Assembly (NCBI GenBank): GCA_051294905.1
Contig: CM119384.1
Location: 12,400,001-12,464,000 of the forward strand
Length of the DNA stretch: 64,000 nucleotides
Direction of reading: 5' to 3'
Source: Botryllus schlosseri
Lineage: Eukaryota
Shown piece by piece: positions 47,101 to 57,429 of the stretch (positions are counted from its first letter, which is position 1; the number at the start of each line of letters is the position of its first letter). A model generated the notes under the pieces. It saw nothing but the letters and a program-made list of their open reading frames with translations, did no database searches and was not told the DNA's origin. A program made the position numbers and the translations under genes.

Positions 47101-49761
47101 AGATATTTTTACTAATCCAGTTTCAAGATGGATCCAACCGTGCACGACCGCCGTGGCGTATCGGGTGAACCGGAATTAGATCCGCGATTTCGGCGAAAAG
47201 CAATAACAACGCAAAAACCGCGCTCGTATCGCAAAAACTCGAAAATGTAGCGAAAAACCATGACACGCGGCACACAGAAAAAAAACACGAAACAAACTAC
47301 CCCGGGGGTACGGACGTTACACGCACGATGAGAGGCTTACAATTTCGATCGAGTAGACGCGAAGCCATTGTCCTTTTATGAATGAGCCCGCTGTTTCTAC
47401 GCTATCAGATGTGGCGTGCGCTGTAAGCCGATAGTCCGCCTCGCGTTTAACCATGCAAGACCGTGTGGGCGGTTAAGGCAATTTTTCCGGATTTTGTTAC
47501 CGTCGTTAGGCCCGATTTAACCAGGCGACACAAGACGCGTCGCAGATGAGTTCCAGACAAGGAACAGAAATAAGGAAGAAGCTACAAACGAACAACACCG
47601 TGAGTCACTGGATGCGGTGTCGCGTGTCTAAATAGTCAAGATTTACAGCCGTACAAGGCAAACTCCAAAACGACACAAATTAGGACCAATCACGGAACCG
47701 CGTCATGAACATTGAACAAATGCATTCCGCTGCGAGGCTCGGTGATGCGTACAACTTGTACTGAATCAGCACGCGTATCCTACCGACCGCTAACATAACT
47801 TTGTTTTAACAACGTCGTAATTCAATTCCGAATATTCGCAGTACATATACACTTACGACATCGGGCAGAATAAACGCAGGGTCACGATCTTGGATTACGG
47901 TCAGCGGACACTGATGAATGCTACCAAAGTGAAAATTTAGTGTTCGCTGCCCGATATCAAATGTCAAAATCACAATACGGGCGCGCGCGTTTCCCACGAC
48001 TCAAGTCGGATGCGTCATCTTTCCGGATACGTCATCAGAAACCGCTCATTCACCAGGGAGATGGAATTATGATAAGTTTCTGCAACAACCATTATTTATT
48101 CCAACTATTTCGTTGAGACAGCGGCGGCAATCGAGTTATTGATACACGCACGGGTGTGCTCAGCAAAATTTATAGTGCGGAAGAGTCTCTCTTTTACGAA
48201 TAGCGAACCTATACGAGAGCTCAGTTAGATATCTGGTTGCAATAAGGTAGCCAATCCGAATCGCGGTTGTCAATTGTTATGACGTCACAATTAGAATACC
48301 GCTTTTTAGCGAGTTCACAGTCAACAGTCCTCCGCTCATTTCAGTTATTGCACTCAATCGACCGGGTCAATCCATTTAAAAGAAATACAGGAAAAGCCAT
48401 TGACTGCAACAGCCGCGCGCTACTCCGCGTTGCGCAGCTTGCTCGATTCGCAAACTCATTCAATCACGGCAAACCGGATGTTATTTTGTCTGCATGAATC
48501 GCGATTGAGCGCAATCCGGCGATCTCTGTGACGGCGTACGCCGAGCATTAGAATCGGAGTGTAAGGTCCACCGGGTTCAAATTTCAAATTTACACAACCA
48601 CGAACCAACCATAGTTTATCGCTAATCGGAAATAAATTGATAATACCAGCGGGCAAGGCAACCAATATTCATGAATGAACAAGAACAATGAACATCAAGT
48701 TCATCGTGTGTACTATCTTCAAATTATTGAACTGCCACACAAATCAAAACAAGTCGGGCTATGACTTCGAAATACCGCGCCGGAAAAAAATCACAGGTAA
48801 CAGAATAGCATACGCAAGCAAACCGCGATATCCTACTCAATTTCACTTCACCGCAAGCTGGTGGGCGGTTGATATTACGCGCCGTATCTACGCCATCGCA
48901 GTCACGAGCTCGAGCATAGTTACCGAAGCCCGCAACGCCGGCAATAGCTTCGCGCAATCGAGTCATCAATTGATCGCAGTACTTAGCACACGAACACACA
49001 ATAACTCCGGTGTTGAATGGGCCCGCCGATAAAATAACACCGGACTAATTCAGAGCAAGCGCCGTTGATAGAAAGACCGTTTCTCCCAACTCTAGCCTGT
49101 CACGATTCAACACAACTGTGTGTCCCTGCGCGTGCGATGGAGATCAATATAGACAAAAAATTCCCGGACTATCGTTACCGCCTCCCATCGAATACCGACA
49201 TCCAAAAATGAGCCGACACACTACGCTGTTTTAATAAACGAGTTCTTTTTACGGAGCAATTCCGTCACGATTCCTAAAACTGGCAAACCGTCACAAATTC
49301 AAAACGATGCTATCACCATTATCGCATACATCATCTCGCGTGAACGCATAGTAATCAAAAAACTGTGCAGAATCGATCCATCACGCCGACGCAACAGCGA
49401 AGCATAACTCCCAGACAATTTCTGTAATGCGACCGCGTACCTTATGCGCAAACATGCGGTTTCGTAATTTCCATCGACGCCAGGAAAATCGCTACAAGTT
49501 GATACGCGCAGCAATGCGTAGGAACCAAAATCGCCACCAGATAAGGCGGCGCTAAATCGATCATTGAAATGCCACCCACTGTGTAACGAATCTCCGGTCA
49601 CCGGTAAATCAACGCAGTGGATGTTCGAGATGCCTAGCATTTTGAAAACTTGATATATATATACCGTACACGGCGTTCAGTGTCAATTGTACTGGGCACA
49701 TTTCAAACACACCTTCTTACTTACCATTTTGATCAAACCGAACTATAAAATATGCACACAT
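22421..49761 (-). CDS. VGLL4: Vestigial-like 4 (Tondu-domain TEAD cofactor), ~1,077 aa predicted
   Basis: Tandem TDU motifs DPEEHFRRSLGKDYKE and SGSVDEHFKKALG match VGLL4/Tgi. Exons 49761-49725 (tentative), 46346-45059, 39025-38452, 37731-37636, 37569-37359, 36588-36262, 23121-22421 join GT-AG in frame (3234 nt). RKRK NLS-like motif in the 36588-36262 exon. Confidence 0.85.
23325..23600 (-). mobile_element. tRNA-derived SINE, family A, full length
   Basis: A box TAACGTAGTGG (23593-23583), B box GGTTCGAGTCA (23539-23529); body shared with 3472-3632. Confidence 0.8.
28878..29819. mobile_element. Non-autonomous hAT-like element with subterminal 42-bp repeat arrays
   Basis: TIR CAGACTTGGACAACTAGA / TCTAGTTGTCCAAGTCTG; arrays at 28941-29087 and 29593-29783; no TSD found; related fragments at ~26890 and ~41140. 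Confidence 0.78.
31800..32316. mobile_element. hAT MITE, 517 bp
   Basis: TIR TAGGGCTGGGCA...TGCCCAGCCCTA; exact TSD GTAATTAG at 31792-31799 and 32317-32324. Confidence 0.92.
32790..33066 (-). mobile_element. tRNA-derived SINE, family B
   Basis: A box TAGCGTAATGG, B box GGTTCAATCC, then GGTCACACCAAAA...CTTGGCGCTCAGCATTAG and an A-rich tail. Confidence 0.8.
36262..36588 (-). CDS. VGLL4: VGLL4 exon (phase 1-1, NRKRKL motif)
   Basis: ttcag|AA CCG...ATT TCC G|GTGAGT; open frame; phase fits both neighbours. Confidence 0.85.
37359..37569 (-). CDS. VGLL4: VGLL4 exon
   Basis: cgcag|GAC TAC CCG...AGA CAA G|GTATGC. Confidence 0.82.
37636..37731 (-). CDS. VGLL4: VGLL4 Gln-rich exon
   Basis: ttcag|QQNSEYARFVNLQLQLQYQQQQQLLAGARLPQ|GTACGC. 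Confidence 0.8.
38452..39025 (-). CDS. VGLL4: VGLL4 exon with His5 tract
   Basis: ttttcag|G GCC TTT TAC...GGA GAG|GTGAGA; continuous open frame with LHHHHHNE. Confidence 0.85.
45059..46346 (-). CDS. VGLL4: VGLL4 large Pro/Ser/Gly-rich exon (1288 nt)
   Basis: Lies inside ORF 45055-46509; ttttgcag|GA GAT...GTC CC|GTGAGT; phase 2 matches the 39025 acceptor. Confidence 0.82.
49725..49761 (-). CDS. VGLL4: Candidate first coding exon of VGLL4 (MCAYFIVRFDQN-G), or an 18-nt micro-exon 49742-49725
   Basis: Perfect donor G|GTAAGTAAG in phase 1, matching the 46346 acceptor; in-frame ATG at 49761; internal ttttatag acceptor. Confidence 0.45.
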
Positions 49762-51589
49762 TCCCGTGTCGCCGTATGTATCAGAACGGATGCGACTGCG
49801 ACCACAGCATAATTATAGCAACCCTCAGAAGAATAACATATTGATACACGGATACATCATTTTATCCAGTTAATCTATTCAGTAACGTAGGTTTCTAGTA
49901 AGATATTCGATGCCGAAAACACGCATCGACACATAATTGCGGTGTTTACCGAAAATCCGCGCCGAAAATCCGGCAGAAATCCACATTCCTCGCCGATTTG
50001 CATCACACGGGACGGCCTAAATCTGCAGAGTGCAGACAGACAATATTCCCGCTTTCCACTAGCACACAAGTCGGTGAAATTACGGTCTTTAATGCCTTAA
50101 AGGATATTCAGCAATTTCGCGAGGTCTCGACGGAGATGAATACAAGAAGACTAACGAAAGAAGTAAGAACACACGCAATTGCATGCACCCGTCGAGTTCA
50201 ACGAAATTACGGCAATAACGACCACGTAGGCACTACCACCGTAAATCGTTTACAACATTACTTCGTTTTAACAGCGTAATCACTATCTAAAGCAGCAAGA
50301 TCACCAATTATCCGCAAAGTGAACGAATTTTATAAAGCTTTCCAAAATAACTCTTCGAGAATTGCCCAAATATTCAAAGCACTATCACGGGTGCTGCCGA
50401 GTTCGCCATTACCTCTACGGCGGATTGTCATACCGGTGGTAAACTACGCACAAGACATATTAGACATGAATTTTCCTCCCTATCATCAGCATGATCTCTC
50501 GGGAATATGTTCCAAAAACGCGCGCGGACAGACAAGCAACACTGATTCAAATTGAATCACTGAATTGGAATCTTTGCCCATCGCCAACCCCGGACCGCTT
50601 TCTAACCGCAAAAACGTGAGGTTTTACAATAGTACTTGGCCGACATACCAGAGCAAATCTCCGGCAAAAGTGTCAACCAACTATCGATCTCGAATAACAC
50701 AGCTGCACTCAATTACGTGGTAGGCAGCGATATCGATTCTTATATTATTTATAGCCAAGAGCACAGGCTGCTCGTAGATTAAGCAGGAATGCACATTGGC
50801 GCGTCGTCTCCCTAGGGCCTTTTCGACCCTAAAACATAATTTTCGTATTTTACCGCACATTAGTAACTTGAAGCACAGCTGTCTCATTACAAGCTACGCC
50901 CGGCGCATTCCACGATCGATAGCTTAATCGGACCGTAGGTGTCAAAATTTCAACAGCGGGACACGTCAGCAAACAACCGCTAAGATTAAAGTTCACTTTT
51001 CCGAAAGAAAAATACATTTCGCTAATCTAATATTAAGCTAAGCCACAGAAAACAAACGGCGTGCCCGACCTTGCCTAAGCCACTTCCAAACGAAAACAGA
51101 GCAACGCACAGTCTCGCACTACTAGATTAAGAACGATATCGTAACACATATTGACGACGGCCTCTAAAATTTCCAATTTCGCATTCCGCAACCGCGAAAT
51201 CCTCACTGCATTACCCGAAACCTTATCCAGTAACTCAAACGATCGACCAGACCTATGTAAACAAGATTTAGCCGTACACAAAGATGTCGAGCGACTCAAA
51301 TTATAGCGATTAGATCTTAATTACTGGAGATAAAAGCTACAATCACGTGGCGACACTCGAACGAGATGCGGGAAACACGTTTTAAAACGCCCGGCGCAAA
51401 CAGCCTCATATAAAATTTCAACTCTCCGACTGCCGTCAATAACAGAATTCAAACCGCAGACCTAGATATCCAAAGAGTTCAAACGCGTCGGTTACTCAAC
51501 CTCAACTGCTTGGTACACTGAACGCAACCTAATTTCACTACGCAACGCCGTTGAAGCAGCATCAGTTCGCGCATCGCGTGGCAAAAAAC

Positions 51590-51860
51590 TTAACCTCCGC
51601 CGAGCTAGCCTGGCCTCACTCGCAATGTGGAAACGGTACGTTTCTTTTGCGAGCGACTCGTCACGGGCGCGAGTGCGTGTGCGCGCGCGTGAAATACAAT
51701 TTTTCTCTCGCGAGTGACTTGGCGTAAAAAAGGCGCGCCCTCGTTAAAGGCGTCGGAAGGAACGCAACGATACCGGGCGGAAATTAACGCGGGCTTCGGA
51801 TTCCAGACGCTGTACCGCGGCTGTCTCTAGTATCCGGCGTGCGCGAGTAAATAACCTAAG
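51590..51860. promoter_or_regulatory. CpG/GC-dense non-coding island, possible VGLL4 promoter or enhancer
   Basis: Dense CGCG runs and no ORF, 1.8 kb upstream of the candidate first exon; function is inference. Confidence 0.25.
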
Positions 51861-53164
51861 CGAGATCGGGGCTGATATGTTTTCCTGATTAAAAACAACT
51901 TACTGCTGGTGCTGCTGTCCACGGAATTGGTGAGCAACAGAGTACGAAAAATGGCGGCTGCACTTGAGCGGGATATCTGAGTGCTGTAGCAAAATCGCAG
52001 GAATTCTATAGTGTCGTCGATTAGTACATTTTTGGAGGATAATTTCCGAATTTTGACACTCTTTCAAGTTGTTTGGCACTAGGGTTCGGCGCAATTTTTG
52101 CTCGTATCACAGCATCCAAAATACGCAGCACAAAGCAGCGCAGTACACACGTTAGTGGAAATAATATTACTGTGAATTTGTGATCAACCCAATGTGATTG
52201 AAGTAGTTCCATTTCGGTTGATACCCGTGCAGTGACGGAGAAAGGCGGTCTCTGGCTGCTTCATATCAACTACCCTACGATGAAAAGAGATTGAATTCCC
52301 CCCAGACCTCCCGCCAAGATGTTTCTGCCACCGAAAGAACTCATTCTTCACATATAGGGAGATATTGAATGTTAACAGTAATCAGTCGGTCAATTTGGCA
52401 CTAAACACGAAAGATTCAGAATCTTTCAGTGGTCGGAAATCGCAATCCTGTTCAGACATTCAGAAGCACCGGCAAACCTACTACAGCTATACCCTCGCTG
52501 AGAGTCAGATACGTGTGAATAAGACGCTCAGTTATGCATACCGAAACAGCCAAGGAGCGGTATGCAGTCGGCTTTCATTATCGCTCGCCCGGATTAGGAA
52601 GTTGCGGAGCAAGATAAGATATGAGGGTTGCACCCGCACATTGCGCACAATCATAGCCTGCAAAATGCAGATAACGCTCGCCGCCGAACACAGTTCAAAG
52701 CCAGGCACGCATGCATACCCGAAACTCAGAGTAAACGCTTTCCGTAATTCCATTTCCACCCACTTGAGATACGGAAGGATAAGTAGTCCGAAAATACAGC
52801 GCGTAGCTGTGAAGTCGCGCTATTTTAGCGAGCGCAACAGGCGATACCTAACACGCGTTAAGCGAGTACGATACAGCCTCGGTGCGATAACGGATGGCTG
52901 CTCAAGTAGACGATAGCTTCGTACATCGACGTGACGTAAGCAACTACTTGAAATGATGGAAATGTGGCAGCTGATACACAAAACGCGTGACTCGAACGGA
53001 AAACGCGCCGAAACGCTACGTTGCTCCGGCGACCGGGTGATATACTGCTTTGCTACGTGACGAATAGGGAGGAATTTCCGCGGATGAAATAACTCAACGT
53101 GACACTCAACAGTATATATACGGGGCATAGCATTTTGGATGGTCAAAATCGAGTATGAAGAAGC

Positions 53165-53460
53165 CTCGGGCAGAGTCAAGTATTCGAATATACATCACTG
53201 ATTATGACGTCAGAACAGCATCGCTTATGAGGGAAGTTCAAATATGTACCTTTCATGCGACCACATTGATAATAATAATAACAGTGCTACATCACATTAA
53301 ACATTACTTGTTATATTTTGATCAATTGATCATACCCATTTCTTCACACTTTGTGACTACGCTGTTGGTTGATCACAACTCCACAGATATGTCCTATCCA
53401 CTAACAAGCGTAGGCACTACATATATAATGTGTCTTATGTTGGGTCTATTTCCTTCATGA
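53165..53460. mobile_element. Diverged internal fragment of the TAGGGCTGGGC MITE family
   Basis: GAGTC.AGTATTCGA...TTATGACGTCA...GTTCAAATATGTACCTTT matches 31860-31940. Confidence 0.6.
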
Positions 53461-56400
53461 CGCCATCGATATCGTGACGCTAGATTCAATGTGGGTTTTC
53501 CAGACCCTGCCGCCAGGCGCCATTGTTTCTGATCGCCCATTCGTGTAAATTGAAAGCGATCCTACGCGTTGAAAAGTTTTCGCTGCCAAAAGAAGTGTAT
53601 GCGAGTCTCACGTCCGCGCTTGGCAACGTAAAGGTCAGCTAGGTCTTGTCGTATTTTTTCAAGGCGGACACCGCGTAATAACAACGCCTATAACATCAAC
53701 AATGCAAGGAGTGTTGTTGATGCTGTCCAAGCTCCTCCGTGGTCGTTGGCTATTGCAAATGCAGGGCGCTTAATTTGCGGGAGAGGATAATGTTGTTTGG
53801 TGATAAGATCGAAACAATCTAATTTTCCACAAGAGGATGATGCATTTTCACACAACTGATCAAATGCTAAAAGTTTGCGACGCATCAATTAAATCTACTT
53901 TCCAGCACTTTTAAGATCTTGCAATTGAGTAGACATTTATACGGCCTCACCTATATATCTATACTTGGGTAGCAACGCGTACTTTGACAACCTATGCTTT
54001 CTACTGCCTATGCGCGTCGTTTTTCTACAACGTAGACAGCAGTGACTAGTTTTTCGAAAAAATTCCGGCTATAATATAGAATCCTTGGATTTCCAATCGG
54101 AATTAACCTGAGGCAAGCATATCCCCGCTAGACAGAGTACACTTCGTAACTGAAGCGGCGGAAAAATGTCCCTTACATGTTCCGCATGGTTAACCCTTTC
54201 GACAGCTACCGAAAACGTGCATCCGCTATCGCCGGTAACGAGAAGCCGAAAAGGCGTTTTCAATTCCCGCGGGTAATCGCGCCGCGAACAACATAATCGA
54301 TAACAGCCGCGCTGCGCATGCGCGATAAAATTGCCGGCGTTCGAATGCAAGGGCTGCATACTTCCGTCAGCATGGAGTTCACAGAGGTTTCCAATGACGT
54401 CAGAAGCTCAGATAAGGTTGCGGTAAACATTTATCATGAATAAAACTCACAGTCAACGCATTGCTTAGGGAAAACCACCAGATAATCAAAAACAATAATA
54501 ACATCATGGAGCGGTGGTTATTGAAAGGGCGGATGATATTACGGGTTATTAGCGGTCGTTGGACGGTTACTACTGGATTGAACAGCGCAATGCTGACTTT
54601 CCGTCCGACGAGCATACGCTAGGACTGATCATATCATGGTATATCTGCTGCCTTTTTTTGATATTAAGCGCGTCAAACGCAGTCCCGTTGTTCGTAGTGT
54701 ATACATATACATTACATACACGAAGAAGTCCTGTTTCAAAAGCCACCAACTTGATTTCGATTATTCGATTTCTGCTGCCACTATGCTGTTTGTTAGCCTC
54801 TAACAGCAATCAATGTTGTTACACCGTACCGCCGGAAAAAATAATTCTATATCACGACAACTTCAAAATTATTTTGAGATTTGACCTTTCACATCACCAA
54901 TCCATGCAAAAGATTTTAACTTCTTGCGATAAAAATCGCAATATATCTGGCGGACCTGCGGGGAATTTGACGCGAACAACCGCTTTAAAGCGATCGTAAT
55001 ATTCACCGTTTTCTACAGTCAATACCTAATATAACACATGGGTATACATGTCAGTCTCAACACGGTTTAACGCAGCACAGCGATAACTGCGAATCCATCT
55101 TTCATGCACTGTCAACATCACATCATCATCCTTATGACGTCGACAAAAGTAACGGAATTTTCACTCGCTACAAAATTTTTGTTCTGGACACGTTGCGATT
55201 TACGCGGTCAGCACCTTCCTTACTTCAAACACTGCGAGAACAAACAATGTTATTTTCCTCAATCTCACGCTGCTGACGTAGCGCCTACGATAGGATACGC
55301 CACATATTTCCCGCAACGCATCACCGAGACACGTAATCTCCACCTCCGTTGTGCGGCCTTGCGCTGTGAAGCACAAAAAACTAACTAGAGGTGGCCCGGT
55401 GGCCAGTAACAAAGTACGGTACTTCGTATTTTCCGTAACTAAATTCACAACAAACTCAAGTGCGTGTGTTTTTTAATACTTCTACTTGAACAATTTTACA
55501 GGTAAAACTACTTGCTTTTCATACTTTGGCTTTTGAAATGCAGAAAGCAGGTTTGGGCTAAGTTCGGATCGTTTTTACGTGGGAAATCGTCATCAGAACT
55601 AAGTGAAATAGCGACCGCAGTTACAGTCGAATATATATTCGAACAAGATTGCTCATAAAAATTGCGTGAAATGAACCTCTATCAACGTAACTGAATATAT
55701 ATTCGAAGATTGTGCTTATTTGTAGCGTCATCAATTGGCGCTATTCGTGAAGATGCATCTCGCAATTCGAAAGTCGCCGAACAACACCACCACGTCTCGG
55801 AATCGCCGTTTCTACTTGGAATTGAGTAGAAGTATACGGAGTTTTCTCTAGTTCTATCGAGTAGCAGCGATGTTTACTTTGACCACTTTTGAAACTAACC
55901 AGGTAGGTTAGATATCTATAGTCACAGCGCCAGCAAAGATGCAGTGAGGACGCTTTAACCCCATGTTATGCTTGGCACTGAAGGACACGCCCCCGGGTTG
56001 TGGCGCCTAGGAGACTTCCGTTGTCGAGTTTCATCGGGCGGTTTTTGCGTGGAAGTATGTAGCGGGGCGTAATTTCTCTCTTCGGGAATTATCTTGGCGG
56101 GCTCAACAGACAAAACAAACTCGACAGGATAAACAATCAGCGCGGCGGTGAGCTACGCGTGACTTGCGGATAATTGCGAGGAATGCGCCATAACACGGCT
56201 AGCAACGGAGTATGCGAGTGCGCGATCGAGGAATTTTTGCAACGTTTCATCCTGAAACTTGTCATGACAAGGTTGATATTTCGCACTTTTGACCAAAGGC
56301 GGTCAGTAACTACTTCTGCTTCACAGTTTTCAGTAAAAAAGGTGTCCTACAACCAATGCACTGCAACAACCATGGAGTGATACCGTATTAATGCGCAACG

Positions 56401-56499
56401 CTACTGACAACACAAATAACCCCTCTGAAATGTAACCGGTCGACCAGGGGAAAATACCACAGAAAAGGAACCAATGCGAACACAAGCGGCGATTTAAAT

Positions 56500-56877
56500 G
56501 GTGTCCGGTCAATACCGAGAAAACCATTACCGAGAATGGACACCACCGAGAATGGACATTACCGAGAATGGACACCGCAGAGAATGGACATTACCGAGAA
56601 TGGACACCACCAAGAATGGACATTACCGAGAATGCAATTTATGCAATGCAGGCATGTTATGCATATACACAGGTCGTGTGTGTGCATCACGGCGTCGCCA
56701 CGTTCGGTATCGATGCTCAGGTATAAATTTCTCGACAACGTAAGTGACAGTAAGCTATATTCTTGACATTGGCCATTCTCGGTAATGTCCATTCTCGGTG
56801 GTGTCCATTCTCGGATATGACCAGTCTCGGTAATGTCCATTCTCGGTACTGGCATTCTCGGTAATGGTATAGAACCG
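56500..56877. mobile_element. Foldback-type element with inverted arrays of a 16-bp unit
   Basis: (ACCGAGAATGGACACC/CATT)n at 56516-56635 and the inverse at 56770-56868; flanked by direct (G)ATTTAAAT(G). Confidence 0.8.
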
Positions 56878-56915
56878 ATTTAAATGCGACATCACAATGT
56901 CTACCAAGTTATAAG

Positions 56916-57429
56916 TAGGGCTGGGCAAAATCGAGTACCTGAGTGATTCGATTCTGAATCACATATTATGCTTCGAGTCGAGTCGAGTATTCGAGTATCA
57001 CTCATTATGACGTCACAACAACATGTACTATGTAAAAGTTCAAATATGTACCTTTTATGCCACTACAAAGAACATAACGCATGTTATCCATCACATTAAA
57101 GATACTTTGTTATTTTTTCAACCATAACGATTTCATTGCACTTCTGGACAATGTTGCAGGTTGATCATGACTTCGGAAATGTGTTATTTCCAGTAACGTT
57201 CGTAGCTTTGTGCTATGTCTCGTATGCTGCGACACGGCCAATCAAGGTTTCTGGCTTCCTCAGTGGAAAATAGTGTCAAAACTATAATTCCCGTTAGTAA
57301 ATTAACTTTCAGTTTCGAGGAGTGTATAATTTCAGTACTCGAAAAAATCGTGTTTTACTACTCGACTCGAATCATCCAAATTAATACTCGATTCAGATTC
57401 GAGTACTCGAATCATTATGCCCAGCCCTA
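56916..57429. mobile_element. hAT MITE, 514 bp, same family as 31800-32316
   Basis: Same TIR; exact TSD GTTATAAG at 56908-56915 and 57430-57437; collinear over its full length. Confidence 0.92.

Noticed and set aside
47853-47916. Possible extra VGLL4 exon ending at a GTAAGT donor near 47852
   Set aside because: The phase-compatible 64-nt version contains an in-frame TGA, and the open version has the wrong phase for the 46346 acceptor.
56498-56855. Repetitive ORFs (MDITENGH...EWT repeats) on both strands
   Set aside because: Translations of the 16/32-bp foldback arrays.
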